A DNA stretch of 63,880 nucleotides, the filler included, from Bigelowiella natans CCMP2755 (taxonomy: Eukaryota; Protista; Cercozoa), in assembly GCA_000320545.1 (NCBI GenBank). It is 4 parts of 4 records of this genome, joined end to end, with 100 filler letters (N's around TTAATTAATTAA, not from the genome) between each part and the next. Parts side by side here need not be neighbours in the genome. Positions count along the whole stretch, not along the records: positions 1 to 28,294 come from ADNK01002274.1; positions 28,395 to 49,164 come from ADNK01001873.1; 2 more parts are not named here. One strand, 5' to 3'. Below the pieces are notes generated by a model, which worked only from the letters and a program-made list of their open reading frames with translations, did not search any database and was not told where the DNA came from. Shown piece after piece: positions 25,281-39,589 of the stretch. Position 1 is the stretch's first letter. Each line of letters opens with the position of its first letter. Position numbers and translations under genes: made by a program.

Positions 25281-25858
25281 TCACGCCTTCATCTTGTTAT
25301 CCCTAGATACAGGGGCGGGGAGAGGGTCGTCTGTGCGTAGACGAAAGACCTTCCAAAGCTGATTGCGGAGAGCTCTGATCTCGTTTCTCACAATTTCACT
25401 CGCGCCCTCCTCGCTCTCTGCGTTACTTTGCAAGTTTCGTGCTGTTCTTCTTGTTCAATGTAACAATGACCTCAGAGTTGCCAAAGAGTCAGAGATACCA
25501 CACGCACATACACACACTCACACACACACACAAACACACACACACCATCCACAACTATCGATACTATGCATGCTGCATTCCCTCGTTTGCTGCTTTGACG
25601 TATCATTACCTCTCATAACATGATCGACTCTAGATCCACAGGCAGATAGGTTCTCTACGGGGGAAGCGAGTAGCAGCACCGTGAGCAGCTCCAAGCCATT
25701 CTTTTCCTGTTTTCAGAGACAAATTCAACGAGGAGGGAGGGTGAGGAGACAGCGGCCTAAATACTAACACTCGGATGCCGCATCACTATTGTCTCGCGCG
25801 CGCGCGCACACACACACACACACAAACACGTTCATAAAATACAATATAAAGTTACAGT

Positions 25859-25907
<49 letters not shown>

Positions 25908-26145
25908 TTGTGTAGCACGCGCAGAGTCAGAGTCTATTCTATACCACCTTGACAATGGCCTCTATGCGAGGGTGCTGCTCCCTTGCAGCTTTTACGACAT
26001 GGGGAAAGACAGGAAGGCTGCGAATGTCACGGAGGAGCTCTGATACTGCGAGCAGCAGCGGCGCGAGAGGACAAGTCAGCGAATCTCACATCGACGTTCT
26101 TTCGAGGAAGGACAATTCATTGCACATAGGGAAACAGGCACGCAC

Positions 26146-26202
<57 letters not shown>

Positions 26203-27370
26203 CGAGAACAATACTGCGAAAGAAGTTTCTCCATGTTATAATCATCACTCGGCTTCTTTCACGTGGTGACCTATCTCCTGGTACTGAGGACGTACGTGTA
26301 GCTCCCCAAAGTAATCCGGGTCGATCTGCATGCATACAGGAGGAGGGGGAGGGGGGGGAGAAGGGGGGGGAGGAGGAGGGAGAAGGCACACACGGTCACA
26401 AGACGGCGTCGATGAAAGAGGAAGCGATGCAATGATGACGACGATGATGATGATGATGATGATGATGATAATGATGATGATACTTCTATTTTTTATGACG
26501 ATGCACCACGATGGATGTGATAGAGATGATGCTTGTCGTTGGCGCACGATGCAAAACTCTTACTCTAAATTCGTGCACGACAGTCCCAACAGCATCCAGC
26601 AGCTCTTTCGGAGCGGCAGAGAAGAAGCAGGACACGTACTTCGAAACCTTGAACACAAACACGGCGTACAAAAGCTTATATTCTGTGTGCGCTGAGATAT
26701 GTACACGAGTGAATGAATACACCAACGCAGTGCCCCCCCCCTCTCCGTCCCCCCTCCGTCCGCGCATTCGCCCCCGCTTATCGTTTGGCCAACGATACGA
26801 ACAAAGAGGCATTGCGATTCCCAACCGAAGGCCTCTAATGACGTTAGGCCGGCATTTGTACGGGGAAGATGCAGATCGAGACACACATGCCCGCGCGCCA
26901 CATCACACCACCACGGAGCATAGCCGACCTCCAATCCGTCGTTTGAGCAGACTTTGCATTCCAGCCGCTTGGTTTCGCAGCGAGACAGGACATGGGAAAA
27001 AACAACGACTCAACTTCGCCGAGTTTTCGGTTGGGTGAAGGCTTTGAGCATAGGGAGAGGCCGTGCGATTCGTTTAAGTATGGTAGAATGGCTCTTACCT
27101 GCAAGTGCTCCGAAGTGCGATGTTCTTCTGCACGGTTGCCGTGCGCCTTTTCCGCGACCTCTCTCGTCATACCCCCCGCCTCCTCTGTTTCCCGTGCCGC
27201 CGCATTTTCAATCTTGGCGTTCTTCACGCTGGCAAAGAATCTGAGGGGAAAGAGGAGGAGGGGGGGGTTGAGTGTTGAATATTTTGCAAATATTTCACAT
27301 TTTACCACGGGCAAGCCCCTGATGAAGACACGCTAATTTGCGGCTCATATTCAAATATATTTATATCGAT

Positions 27371-27443
<73 letters not shown>

Positions 27444-27756
27444 ACACAGCTGTTTACATCCCACCTTCTGATGTTTCTAAGTGCGCCCTCGTCAAAGCCC
27501 TTTCGTAGCGTCATCACAAACAGAATAGAGGAGCTCGGGCCTCCTAACGAACGCAAGGATTGATGAGCATGGCTCGCCGACCACTCTGCTTTGCCCTCTT
27601 TATCTACGCTCTATCTCGTCACTACCATCTCCGGAGGCCCTTGATAGCTTCATGTACCCCCTCGGCTTTCCAGAACTGTGGAAGTACCAGTGAGTGAATC
27701 ATGGGATCGAGGGGGGGGGGGGGAAGGGGTTTATAGACGGGGTTTTAGCGCATATA

Positions 27757-27795
<39 letters not shown>

Positions 27796-28096
27796 ACAGT
27801 AAGCGAACAAAGCGACGGAGAGAGAGTTGGGGGGGGGGAGGGGGCCGGGGGAGAGAAGCAGAATAGACAGAGAGGGGAGAGGATTGTGGTAGGGATGATC
27901 GCAACAAATGCAAAGTGATTGATTACTCCGCATCGATCTTCCGCATAGCCTCTACGAGCAGCTCTAGCGGGGTCCAGTGCGGGGGGTACTTAAACCGCGC
28001 GGTGTCCTTTCCACACAAAACAAGCAGCGTCAGCTCAATAATGGCGCATTGAAACGAAGACGACGATAGCGGCGGGAACGCGGGCTGCGCACACGC

Positions 28097-28142
<46 letters not shown>

Positions 28143-28249
28143 ACTCACAAGCGTGTATGCGCATAGTCTTGATATATGTCCTGCACACTTACCATAATCA
28201 ACACCATATCCGTGGCCTCATGGTATGCAGCGACGAGGGACTAAAATGC
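25281..28249 (-). CDS. PCS: Phytochelatin synthase (5' part lost in gap), with plant-like C-terminal domain
   Basis: GHFSP…AAYHEATDMVLIM|DTARFKYPPHWTPLELLVEAMRKIDA|DSGKPRGYMKLSR, then exons ending …SEIVRNEIRALRNQLWKVFRLRTDDPLPAP…* that resemble the plant LQEEVLHLRRQL tail. Middle exons partly unresolved. Confidence 0.88.
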
Positions 28250-28294
28250 CTATTGAGGAGGGCAGCAGGATGACGCACATGAGAGTATATTCAT

Positions 28295-28394
28295 NNNNNN
28301 NNNNNNNNNNNNNNNNNNNNNNNNNNNNNNNNNNNNNNTTAATTAATTAANNNNNNNNNNNNNNNNNNNNNNNNNNNNNNNNNNNNNNNNNNNN
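28295..28394. other. Assembly gap / artificial linker
   Basis: N44-TTAATTAATTAA-N44 (stops in all six frames). Confidence 0.97.
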
Positions 28395-29217
28395 GTGGAG
28401 GAGGCGGAGGATTTTCACCAGAACCTCGATGCTCAAAAAATGGGGAACGCCAATAGCACCAATCTTCGAAAATGGTTTTTTTAAAAGGGGGGGGTGGGGG
28501 GGGGGGGAGGTATTTGCGGTGTCGTCGTGAGCCGGAAAGAAGCACATGGAGATAGGGATGATAACTAGGTGTTTTGAGAGTTTATCGGGGCGGCATGTAA
28601 TCAGAGAGTGACGCTTTGATGTTTTTGAGGTTATTGTAGGCAGTGCTCGTGCCATTACCTCATCTGCTCCCGCATCCTCCTCCTCCCCAACGACGCGGTA
28701 GTCTATAATCGTGTCGATCCAGGGGAGGGAGCCATCGTACTGCATCTCCACCATATGCTCATGCTGATATCTGAGAGGCATGTGCCGACCGATTGGATGA
28801 AAAATTAGCCCCTCCCAGAGAGTACAATGCGCGCGAGCAAGCAGCATTTACAGCAGCTCGAAAAGCCAAAGAAAGAGGAGTGGGGGATAAGGCTTACGCG
28901 ATGCATTTGGGGTCACGCAGCTTCTTCCTGGGTCGCCGATGATTTGCACGGATATAGAAATGAAAAGCCGGCTCCTCACGTTTCCGTTTACGCTTGCCGC
29001 GTCCCTTCCCCCTCCCCCTTCCTCGACCTCGGCGCCGCCCACGGCCACGGCCGCGACGCTTTGGAGCTGCGTAATCGCTCGATATAGACTTTGACATAAA
29101 TGCAGCACGTCCAAGATTAGGATTAGGATGTAAATATGAATCGTGGGCGCAACTCTTGTGTCGTTTCTAGAGCACGCGCACGAAGACGGTGGGGGGGGAG
29201 GGGAGAAATGATTTGTA

Positions 29218-29261
<44 letters not shown>

Positions 29262-30500
29262 TATTTTATGCATTTCGTGCGCGTATATCACGTGTGTACA
29301 TAGATTCTAATGACAGATTCTGTTTCGCAGTGAATATACCTCGTCATCGTCCACTTCCTCGGCTACGCTAGATGTGTCGTCATCATAATTGTCTTCAATG
29401 GGAGAAGGGGACGGCTCGGGTTCAGCGTCTGACGTGAGATCTCCATCTTTTGAATCGTCGTTATTGGGGGCAATTGCCTAGGGGGGGGGGGGGGGAGGGG
29501 ACATAGGGATCTGTATTTAACGCATGTCGTACACGAAACAAACAGTCACGCAAGTAAGCATCGTAGGTATGGAAAGATAGGCATATATAAATAGACAAGG
29601 CGACCACCCTATACATGCGAAATGCTACTGCCGAATCTTTTTCCGGCTCTCCCCTCTTTCATCCGTAATTAGGACTAGCTCTTGCAGCATCAACCTCATC
29701 TTCGCTGGTGTCGTCGACCTCCATCTTCGAGCCCTTCTTCCCTTCATTGTTCTCCTCGCCGCCCTCTTCCCTGCGCCTTGCCACTGCTATGCGGCCAGGG
29801 GCGGTCTGATCGATCCCGCCCTCCCTAATATCTGCGAGAGCGAGTCCCTCGACGGCTATTGTAGCGTCGCTCCTGTTTCCGAGGCTGGGAAAGTGCACAG
29901 TCGCCTCCCGACTGTGAGGGTTTATCGCTAAAACGACGCCTAGCACGCCCTCACAGCTCACTACATCTCCGGGAGATATATCGTCCGGGAAGTTCCGCAT
30001 GCCCGAATCGTCATCGCTGCAAAGCACGACTTCGCTGTTTGGCAGCAGGAACGCGTCTTCGCAGCCATCAGCATAGCGAACCGAGACTGCCCAGCCACTG
30101 CCGCCAGTTCGCTCGGCCTGTAATACCCTAGCATAAAACCATCTCGGGGGGTTGTCGAAACGAATGAACACCCCACGCCCGACCCGTGGCTCCCTGGACT
30201 GTTTGTAGTAAGAAGAAAACGTGATTGCGATGCCGTTCATTGGCGCGACAGGATATCGAATGCAAACGTGGCTTAGATTATCCCGCCATGGGACGGAATT
30301 TCTGTTAATCACTGGCATACATCTTGTCATCTCCACGCCCTTCAGGAATGGGTGCTAGCCGAAAAACAATCGTAACAAACCTCCATATGTTGTCGTCCTC
30401 AGATGTCCGTGCAGAGATTTCAACTATGCCAAAGGCTTCCTATCGCCCCTCTCCTGAAAAGATGAAAAACGTCGCATTTTCAACGACCCATCCCACCATA
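28395..30500 (-). CDS. Tudor-like + KOW-like, acidic and RG-rich protein; 3' end runs into gap
   Basis: RVGRGVFIRFDNPPRWFYARVLQ…VSVRYADGCED; ISPGDVVSCEGVLGVVLAIN; spliced exons KRRGRGRGRRRGRGRG…|RKKLRDPKCI|AYQHEHMVEMQYDGSLPWID…; start not resolved. Confidence 0.6.
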
Positions 30501-31976
30501 TCACAGACACCGTGCCGCTAACCTTTTTTATGCCGCCTCAAGTTCAAGTCGCAGGCTTCTTCTTCGGGGTTAAGTGCTGTTGAGAGTAGAGGCGTTTGAA
30601 GCTTCAGAGTGACAAGGTCATTCACACCCATCTCGAAAGACGAAACTTAACGCGCCTAAATTCTCCCCACACTACCCATGCAGCATGCATCTGAATGCAC
30701 ATGTGTAGAAATGATGTTGCCTACTACACACCCGTTTGTAATCCTCACCGTTGAGAGAACAGCATATATTACCTTCTCGCTCACGCCCACACCTTCTTCC
30801 CACTAGCCTTCGTAACTATAGCCATGCGATGCTGTTGGCTCTTCTTTCCAGCTGGAATCAGAGGTACCCCGGACTTTTACATCGTAGCCCCGCGTTGGTG
30901 GCGAGGTCCCGGGCTTGCAGATCAGTCTTTTCAGACATTGTTCCATATTTTATGAAAGGATTTCAGTAAAATGTAGCTTATTTTTATGACTATCAGATAA
31001 CATGAAGGGCAAATTAATTGAAATGTACGAGATTTTGATCGGGTGCAGCTTCGGTGCTCTACTATAATTCTCTCAAGTCAGTAGCGTCAATTTAAGGATT
31101 AGTACACTGTGCGTCATCACCATATATATGTCGTAGTAAGTTATGGAACGGCATTTATCTATCTAATTCAAGACCCACCTTTCTGAAACCCTGTGATCGG
31201 TTTACAACTTTAAGTCTCTACATTTACTCAACTTCGACCGGATAGTTCATATAATTGCTCAATATTCTAGAGCGACAACATAAAATAGTTGTCGGACTTT
31301 TATCCAGTAAAAGGTCTCCTGGGAAGGGTGCTTATATCTATGACTGGAAAATCATTTTCACATGTTCTGAGATAAATAGTGACTTTTTTCTTCCGTCTTG
31401 GAATACTCTTTGACGTTAGATCGTAATAGCATTATTCTAAAGTTTATCGAAGATATTATTCTCAATCTCTACGTCTGACTACTTTTTTGGGTACCTTCTG
31501 ATAGTATCCGCGGATCCCCTTTTCACTGGGGGGTCCCCGGAACCTGTTTTTATGTTGTTGATTGCTCGCTCAAATCAAATCATTCAAACGAAGCGATGCA
31601 TTTCATTGCATCAGGCTGATCTATGATCTTGGAATTTCAATAGATGTTCTGCGAATACTTTTGCCGCAAACAAGAAACTTGGTCTCAAGCTTAAACTTCA
31701 GCAACTGTCTCAAAGCTTCAATCTAATGCGATTTTTTTAGATCTATCCTCGAATAAATATTGATTTTCCGGAGAAGTTTCGCCAATTACAAAATTATACA
31801 TATTTCGCCCTAGTTTCTTTTTATGAAAATCCCTCCCGTCCGAAATCGCAGGAGAATTTAAAATTACATGACCAGATAAATCATGTCGCACATGATAAAT
31901 CATATGATATTTACCTGCGAATCTCTGCCTCTGAGCTTACTCTCGGCACAAACTCAGCGCTAGCAACGAATGGTCA

Positions 31977-33515
31977 ATGGGGTCTTCACGTGTCCTACTG
32001 CTGCTCCAGCAGGCCTTTCTGGCGACTCTTTTGTTGCTATTAATGTCGTCGCTGTTGGATTTTACCCGATATGAGCACATCGTTTCCTCACCCATCCGGG
32101 CACCAAATCGCCACTCTAAGAGCGGCGCCAGCGGGCGAACGACGTATCCACGCTTCTTCCGGGCTCCGGCGTCCAGTACAAGGAGATCGGTGGTGTCACG
32201 CGTCACACAGGAGAAGCGGGTCGAGTTTAGGACAAAGGTTAATGCAAGTCCTTTTAGATGTCTCTGTGACTACTCGTTCCACGTTCGAATCAACACCCGT
32301 CCCTGAGGGCTGTCGGCACTGGCATGATTGATCGCCTGTTTCCACACGCACACACACACATTATGCACACAGGATAGACGCATCATCCAAAGCTCAAAAA
32401 AGGATGAAGTGGCGAACAAATGGGCGATTCCGCTCCTCGTCAACATCGGGAGGTTTCTTGAGGTACACGCGGCACATTCGACTGCCTGCTCAGTAAACAA
32501 GCTAGCAAATCATCTTCATAGTGGCACGCCATATTGTGTGGTACACATATCAAACAGTTTACACAAAAATAGTCACGTACCATACAATCACGCAGCGTTG
32601 TCCATATTCGTTGCATATATGCTGCTACCGCAGGATCTGAACGGTAGCGAAGATTTCAATGAGGGCAACCCCTACGTGAATCGGCCTGAATACGAACCGC
32701 CGCTGAGGGAGGTTGAGCAATTCGAGCCTGTCGAGGTAGTACGCCTAGTAGAAGCGGACTCATAGACGCTTAGAACCATCTTCGTCGCGTAAGCATGTCA
32801 CCCCTTTCAACAACAATCCTTGCTTTTCTTCGTCCGCGACAGGTTGTGCAAGGGCGCATTCCTGCAGATATGGAGCCGGGATTCTACTTCTGGAACTGCC
32901 CTGTTGCTAACACCTGGCCGCCAACGCACACAAGTTGATGCTCGTCTCACCCTTGCTTTCGACAGCTCGCCCTTCCTTGTTTTTGCCCCCATGGCGGCAA
33001 CGGGCTTCTCCTTATTATGCACAGACATAAAATGAGTCGCTCTGAACCATGACATTTTTGGGAACAGCATCCATATGCTGTCAGTCTGTGCTAGGGATTT
33101 GTCACAATGTGGTGATGATGCATATCGTCGGCACACATGCGCTCCTCATGATGCATTCCTTGTTATCACCATCACCATCATCTTCGTCACCAATTCTTTT
33201 ATGATTTCAGCTACCAATCTTTGCGGACATGGGATGATACATTGCATTAATTTTGCTGGAAATGAGGGGGAGAGCACGGGGGAAGCCCGATTTTCATCCC
33301 ACGTGGTTCGCACTCCAACGAATAAGGTCTCCAACATCACCATCATCATTTATCATCATCATTTATCATCATCATTTATCATCATCATTTCTATGCAAAA
33401 TGAATGGTGACCAAGAAACTGCCGTCACTTCTTCGTAGCGTGCCTGCATCATGCCTTTGTGTTGTGTGGTTAGTTTTATTTTTGGCATGAGTGGTAATTT
33501 GCATCTCTTTTTAAG

Positions 33516-33559
<44 letters not shown>

Positions 33560-34271
33560 TGTGTGTGTGTGTGTGTGTGTGTTTTCTGGGCTGTGTGGTA
33601 TAGATCGAGAGGGAGGCAAAATTTAACATATGGGGTCGACCAGGGGACTTGGTAACGATTCTCCGATGAGACTACGACTGGAAAAGAATAATTTACAAAA
33701 AAGAGATAGCAGCAGCGGCAATACTTCCCGCCCCCCTAATCGTTTCCCCCCAGCTTCTTCTCCCACAACTTTCTCATCGTGAGGAGAGTTCGGCGAACAC
33801 TATTGAGTCGCCGCCGCGTATTATTTTTTCTCTTCTCCCATCGGTTTCGAAACAGTCGGATTTATGTACAATCCGCTTTGCTCCTCCTCCCCCTCCCCTG
33901 CCCCCTCCCTCTCATGATGCCAACCCTCCCTCATAATTTACTTCAGCGATCCGCGACTGGGATGGTAAAGCTGATTTTATCAAAGTTTATCTACGCACCT
34001 CTGTGGGGCATTGAGGCGCACGAAGTCGGGGGAGCTAACACGAACTTGGTAACGAATCTCTTGCTGGAATCATCATCAGAAAGGAAAAACGAGCAACAAC
34101 GACAAGAACAACAACAACACTCATTGAGAGCGACAACGACGATTCTGAAGCATCGGATGCGACCATTGACATCTCAACGGATCATATAATAGTGACGATA
34201 ATAACAACCCACGTTTCTTCTGCTATCCCGGCATGTTTGGGAGAATATTACACACACACACACACACACAC

Positions 34272-34316
<45 letters not shown>

Positions 34317-34715
34317 CTATTATATATATACATCTAATATACTCACCTGCAGATTCACTTCAACAACGGGCTATACGCCTTGGAGGAAGCGATGGCTCCT
34401 TTGAAGTTCAGCATTGACTCTGGTCTCAATCCAAACACTGCCATCTGCCCCCCCCCCCCTTTACCCCTCCCCACCGTAATTTCTAACACAATGAACATCC
34501 TCCTTAGAGACGGGGGAAATGCGTAGCGATGGTTGTGAGGACTTTCAGCCGGGCACATGGAAGTACCCCATGTGCGCGCACCCGAAGCTTGATCGAAGGA
34601 CCAACCAGCTGATGGTGACGGGGTACAACCCTTCTCTACCTAGCGGGGTGAGTTAGGAGAGACTATACCTTCATCAAAGCATATTATATATATTATAATA
34701 TACATATGTACAATA

Positions 34716-34764
<49 letters not shown>

Positions 34765-34793
34765 GTTCATTTTATGCTTACCCCCACCCCCCC

Positions 34794-34843
<50 letters not shown>

Positions 34844-35862
34844 CGTGTGTGTGCGTTTCCATGCGACTGCGATTGAGTGTCTATTTCTGTGTGTGCGTAT
34901 GACGACGCTACGGATTTACAGGAGATAAAATACGGCGTATACCGTGACGGCAAGCTGGAGAACGAATTTACCTTCCGCTTTCCAAGCCCTGCCCCCATCA
35001 TCCCGTTCATGCACGATATGGCCATCACCGAACGCTTCACCATCGTCATTGACAACTCGTAGGAAGAAGAAGAAGAACAACAACAACAACAACAACTTTG
35101 CTCACCCTGCACAACATATACGTTCACACACACACACACACACACAGAGAGAGAGAGGGGGGGGGGGGGGGGGGGGAGTAAGCATGGTATATGTTGGAGA
35201 TATAATATTTTTATTTTTATGTATATATTCCTCGCGCCGATTGCTTCTTCTTCTTGTTCTTCTTCTCCTTCTTCTTTTTCTTCTTATTGCCCTTCCTCTC
35301 TCAAGATACGAGTTTTCCTTTCCATTCAATCCGAGCGGCATAGGGAGCATATTAGAATTTAACGCGAAGAGACCCGCGCGACTCGGGATAATGCCCAGAA
35401 TGGCCAACAATGAGGGCGAGATCACCTGGATCAACCTCGGCGAACCTATGGTTGAGCGTGACATCGTCGCAAAAGCAAGAGAGGGGGGGGGGGGGAAGCA
35501 CTTCGCATGTACAGCATCATGTTGTGTTCTCTTAACTCTTGTTCTTCTTCTTCTTCTTCTTTCTTTTTCTTTCTTTTTCTCTCATCGTACTCTTATCCAT
35601 CAACATCACCAGGAAACCCCTCCCTTTTTTCCCCCTCACAGGTAATCAACCACATCGCCAACGCATGGGAGGACCCGGAAGATCCGGACGTTATCATCTT
35701 GCACGCGCCTATCGCCAAAGAAGGCATCGATATATTTTCCCACAAGGGCTATTTCGCTCGAATGACGGAGCTGCGGATTGACCTCAGGACCAACACCGCC
35801 ACCAAAACCGACTACTCATCCGGAAGGTGCGCTCGTGCGTATAAATATTATATGCATCTATA

Positions 35863-35895
<33 letters not shown>

Positions 35896-35948
35896 ATTTG
35901 TGTATGTGTGTATTACGTGTATGTGTGTATTATGTGTATGTGTGTGAT

Positions 35949-35984
<36 letters not shown>

Positions 35985-36544
35985 ATCGTAAAACGGGGGA
36001 GATGAAATCATGCTCCATTAGGGTCATCATCATGTTGTCAATGTGTTGCTTGCTATTTTTGCTTCTTCCCAACACACCACCACACAATCACCGAGAACAA
36101 CGACAAAAACAACGAATCACGTCTTTTCAACATACATCAAGATCATGCGAGTTCCCACGCGTGCGCGACGAGCTGGCCGGTTATCCAAGCCGCTTCGCCT
36201 ACACGGTCAAGCACACGCCGTCGCGCACGGACATCGGCGGTCTTGTGAAATGGGACTTGTTCAAGCGCAGACTGGTAAAGGATATCGACTTTCCTCCAGG
36301 CGTCACCGGCCTTGTCGGCGAGCCACAGTTTGTACCGAAAACGACAACATCACCGCATGGAGATGAGGATGACGGCTACGTGGTCGCGGCGGTCAGGGAT
36401 GGCAATCAGGAACGAACGCTACTCTACATATACAATGCCAAGGATTTCAGCTCCGAGCCGATAGCGGTGCTAGCGCCTCCCGAGAGGCTCCCATTCGGAC
36501 TGCACGGACAGTGGGTGTCCAACGCTGCCATGGGAATAGCTTAG
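31977..36544 (+). CDS. Carotenoid cleavage dioxygenase (CCD/RPE65 family) with bipartite leader
   Basis: Four Fe-ligand His motifs: CAHPKLD, MHDMAIT, NHIANAWED, PFGLHGQW; also EFPRV and GEPQFVP. N-terminal hydrophobic segment followed by an R/S-rich segment. Confidence 0.93.
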
Positions 36545-37412
36545 TCAGATAATGATGAATAAATGATGATGGAAGAATGTCTATATAATTTGTGTTGATT
36601 CTAGCGCAGTTGTTGGTCGTGGTAGCTTTGTGGGCAATCGCAGCAGCATTTGATAGCGAAAAAGTGCCACGCAATAACTTTTGGATTTCATTTTGTAACG
36701 ATGGGCGCGGCTAATGCTGATTGACTACACACATAGCGCGATGGAGTTCCTATCTAGCTATGGCAAGCTGGTGTGCACGACACATCATGTGCGTCGGTCC
36801 GGGCATGCATGCATGCTGCTGTAGCATCTCTCTCTCTCTCTCTTTCTCCCTTTCCCCCTCCTGTTTGCAGTGTCAGCAGTGCGATAGAATAACAAGCGAA
36901 TTCAAAGTTGCTGATTCTATGCTCGAAAGGCTTGCACGACCTACTATAACACTAGCGCGAATTAATACGCTATGCTTCACGTACACATTTAGATATGTGC
37001 GCACTAAAAGCATTCTGTGCCAGCCCTAGCTGTATATACAACAGCTGGGCGTACCATTTCACGATGTAGTTGACATTGTCATAATTATGTAACATTCTTC
37101 AACAAATTCAAGCCAGAGCAAATTTTAAATGCTGGTTGCATTCGTGATCCATGCCTTGCGCATGTAAAACTAGTGATGACACTACAGACCCTCGGTATTT
37201 GATCGGAGGAAAGAGAAAAAAACTACTACTTTGCTTTTTGGATTTTGACAGACGACTCGCATAGAAAGATAATGCGGAAAAATTGCATGCACGGCCCAAC
37301 GAAGACCGCAAAATGAATGTACCTCGAAAGTGGTACGAGATACTAAAGCTGATATCGTTTTTTTCGCCTCGACAAGGCGATCTACTCGTTTTTTATTTTT
37401 ATTTCTGATTCG

Positions 37413-37828
37413 CTACTCGTAGATAAGATGGCGGAGGCGGATATGAGACACCATGTTCCCCTGAGAAAACCATTTTTTATATCATGCAATCAGACTTGCC
37501 CTCACCAACTGAAGACACCCACGCAATGCGTATACACGCATCCTTAGGGGAGGGGGGAGGGGGGGGCAGAGGAAAGTGAGGGAAGGTGCTCTTTACCTTC
37601 TGCGAGAAGCTTCGATTGCATTTGGGGCACTGGAAGGGCTTGGCACCTGTGTGGGTCCTTTGGTGGGCGATCATGGTGCCCTTCTGCGCGAACGACCGAT
37701 TACACACCTGATGCAGTATATGTATCATCGTCATCATCATCATCATCATCATCATCATCTATCATCATATAAACACAATCGATTCACGGAGCTGCTCGAA
37801 TGTTACCGCTCCCCTACTACTTCTACTA

Positions 37829-37866
<38 letters not shown>

Positions 37867-38772
37867 TTGCACTTGAAGGGTCTCTCGCCCGTGTGAGTCC
37901 GCTCGTGGAGAGTGAGGTGGGATTTCTGCGAGAAGCTCTTCCCGCAAAACTTACACTCGAACGGCCGCTCTCCGGTGTGTATGCGCATGTGGCGGGTGAG
38001 GTTGCATTTCTGCGAAAAAAACTTCTGGCACTTGGGGCACTGAAACGGCTTTTGCCCCCCGTGAATGCGGGAGTGCGTCAGAAGAATCGACTTGTCGCGG
38101 AAGCTCTTCGAGCAGATCCCGCACTTGTATGGGCGCTCGCCGGTGTGAATGCGCATGTGCCGTTTCAGGCTGATGAGGGGTGGGGGGGGGGAAGAAAGGC
38201 CGTGGACGGTAATTAATTCGTATAAAGTTGGCGGGAGCTGCGGCGTAGTTGACAAACGAATCTGTCGTACGCAAAATACAGAGTTGCTGTGCCAAGGTGA
38301 TACTGGCACGAACAAAACACAACATCCACACCCACAGCACATGCATGTTTAACCTTCACCACCTCCACCGTCACCACCAGCTATTTCATTACCTGCTGTT
38401 ACACGAGAAGGATTTGTTGCAATACGTGCAGCGCGACCTACCCGCCCCTTCCGCCTTCCCGGGCTGCGACGGAGGAGGTGGAGGAGGAGGAGGAGGGGGG
38501 GGAGGATGCGAGACCGAATTCATCATTGCTGCTCCTCCTGCGGATTTATTCGAGCTGCTGCTTCCTTTGTTTTCGCCACGTTGTTTCCTCGCCATGTTGT
38601 GATCGCGTTTCTGCATTTTATGATGAGCCACCATCTGGTTGATGGACGACCCTTTGCCCGTAGTCGTCGTCGTCGTTGCAGCAGCTGCAGCAGCGGGAGG
38701 TGGTGCCGCACCACCTGGGTTGTATACCGTCTTATCATCGAGCCAGCTTGCCACGGCCTAATCAGTAGCAGT

Positions 38773-38806
<34 letters not shown>

Positions 38807-39543
38807 CAATGAGCAAAAGGTCATATATCTTGGGTGTAGCAATAGTAATACGCACGGCATGATGCAAATGTTTTGTTTACTCGGGGAACGTTTCTGCGAG
38901 CTTTATTCACATGTTTCATTTGAAAGAAAGGTGTTTTTACTACACCCACCTCCCTAGCCGCTATGGCTGATCTCCTCTTCTGCCGCCTTACGGAAGGGAC
39001 GGGGGGCGGCGGATTCGTCTTATTGTGCGCTGCCGTTCGCTTGCGTTTGCGGCCATTCTTCGTCTCTTCGTTTGTACTTCTGAGCTGCTGCTGCTGCTGG
39101 TAGTGGTAATGCTGTTGTTGCTGCTGCTGCTGCCGTGAATGACCTACGCCATTCCCCGATGATTTCCTCGCAGAAATTGTAGTGGTAGATGAGTGGTGGG
39201 GGGGCAGCGGCGGCTGCATGGGTTGATACGTGCGAGAACCGTTGATATTGGACGACTTATTGGTCCCCATAACCGTCTCGGGATTGCCTTGACGACCACT
39301 TCTCACACGTTGATACTGACTGTTAATTGGTGGTTTGCGCGCACTTTTAATGGACTGCTGGTGAGTGCTACTACTGCCACTTTCGCCATTCACTTGGTTC
39401 CCGTCCTTAAGACTCTTTTGTTGTATCTGAGTAGTATATGGAGAAAGAAGGGGGGGGGGGGGGAGAGAGAGAAACAAGGGGAATGATGATAAGGTTTTGC
39501 TATTAACAGACTCATGGTCTTCTAAAGCGAGACTTGCCATAAC
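37413..39543 (-). CDS. Kruppel-type C2H2 zinc-finger protein, six C-terminal fingers
   Basis: [12 protein letters not shown]|[13 protein letters not shown]…, CPKC…, CKFC…, CK|VC…, [11 protein letters not shown]|[11 protein letters not shown] with TGE(R/K)P(F/Y)-type linkers; Q/S/P low-complexity region upstream; stop at 37413. Confidence 0.92.
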
Positions 39544-39589
39544 CTTTCATCCCCATCTGGTTCTTCTTCTTTTTCTCAATATAGTACAT

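Noticed and set aside
28339-28350. TTAATTAATTAA palindrome repeated three times (also 49209, 53375)
   Set aside because: Centred in N-runs: an artificial six-frame-stop contig linker. Gene adjacency across it is not guaranteed.
31511-31536. GGATCCCC/GGGGGTCC hairpin in the AT-rich spacer
   Set aside because: Short stem with a wobble pair; expected by chance.
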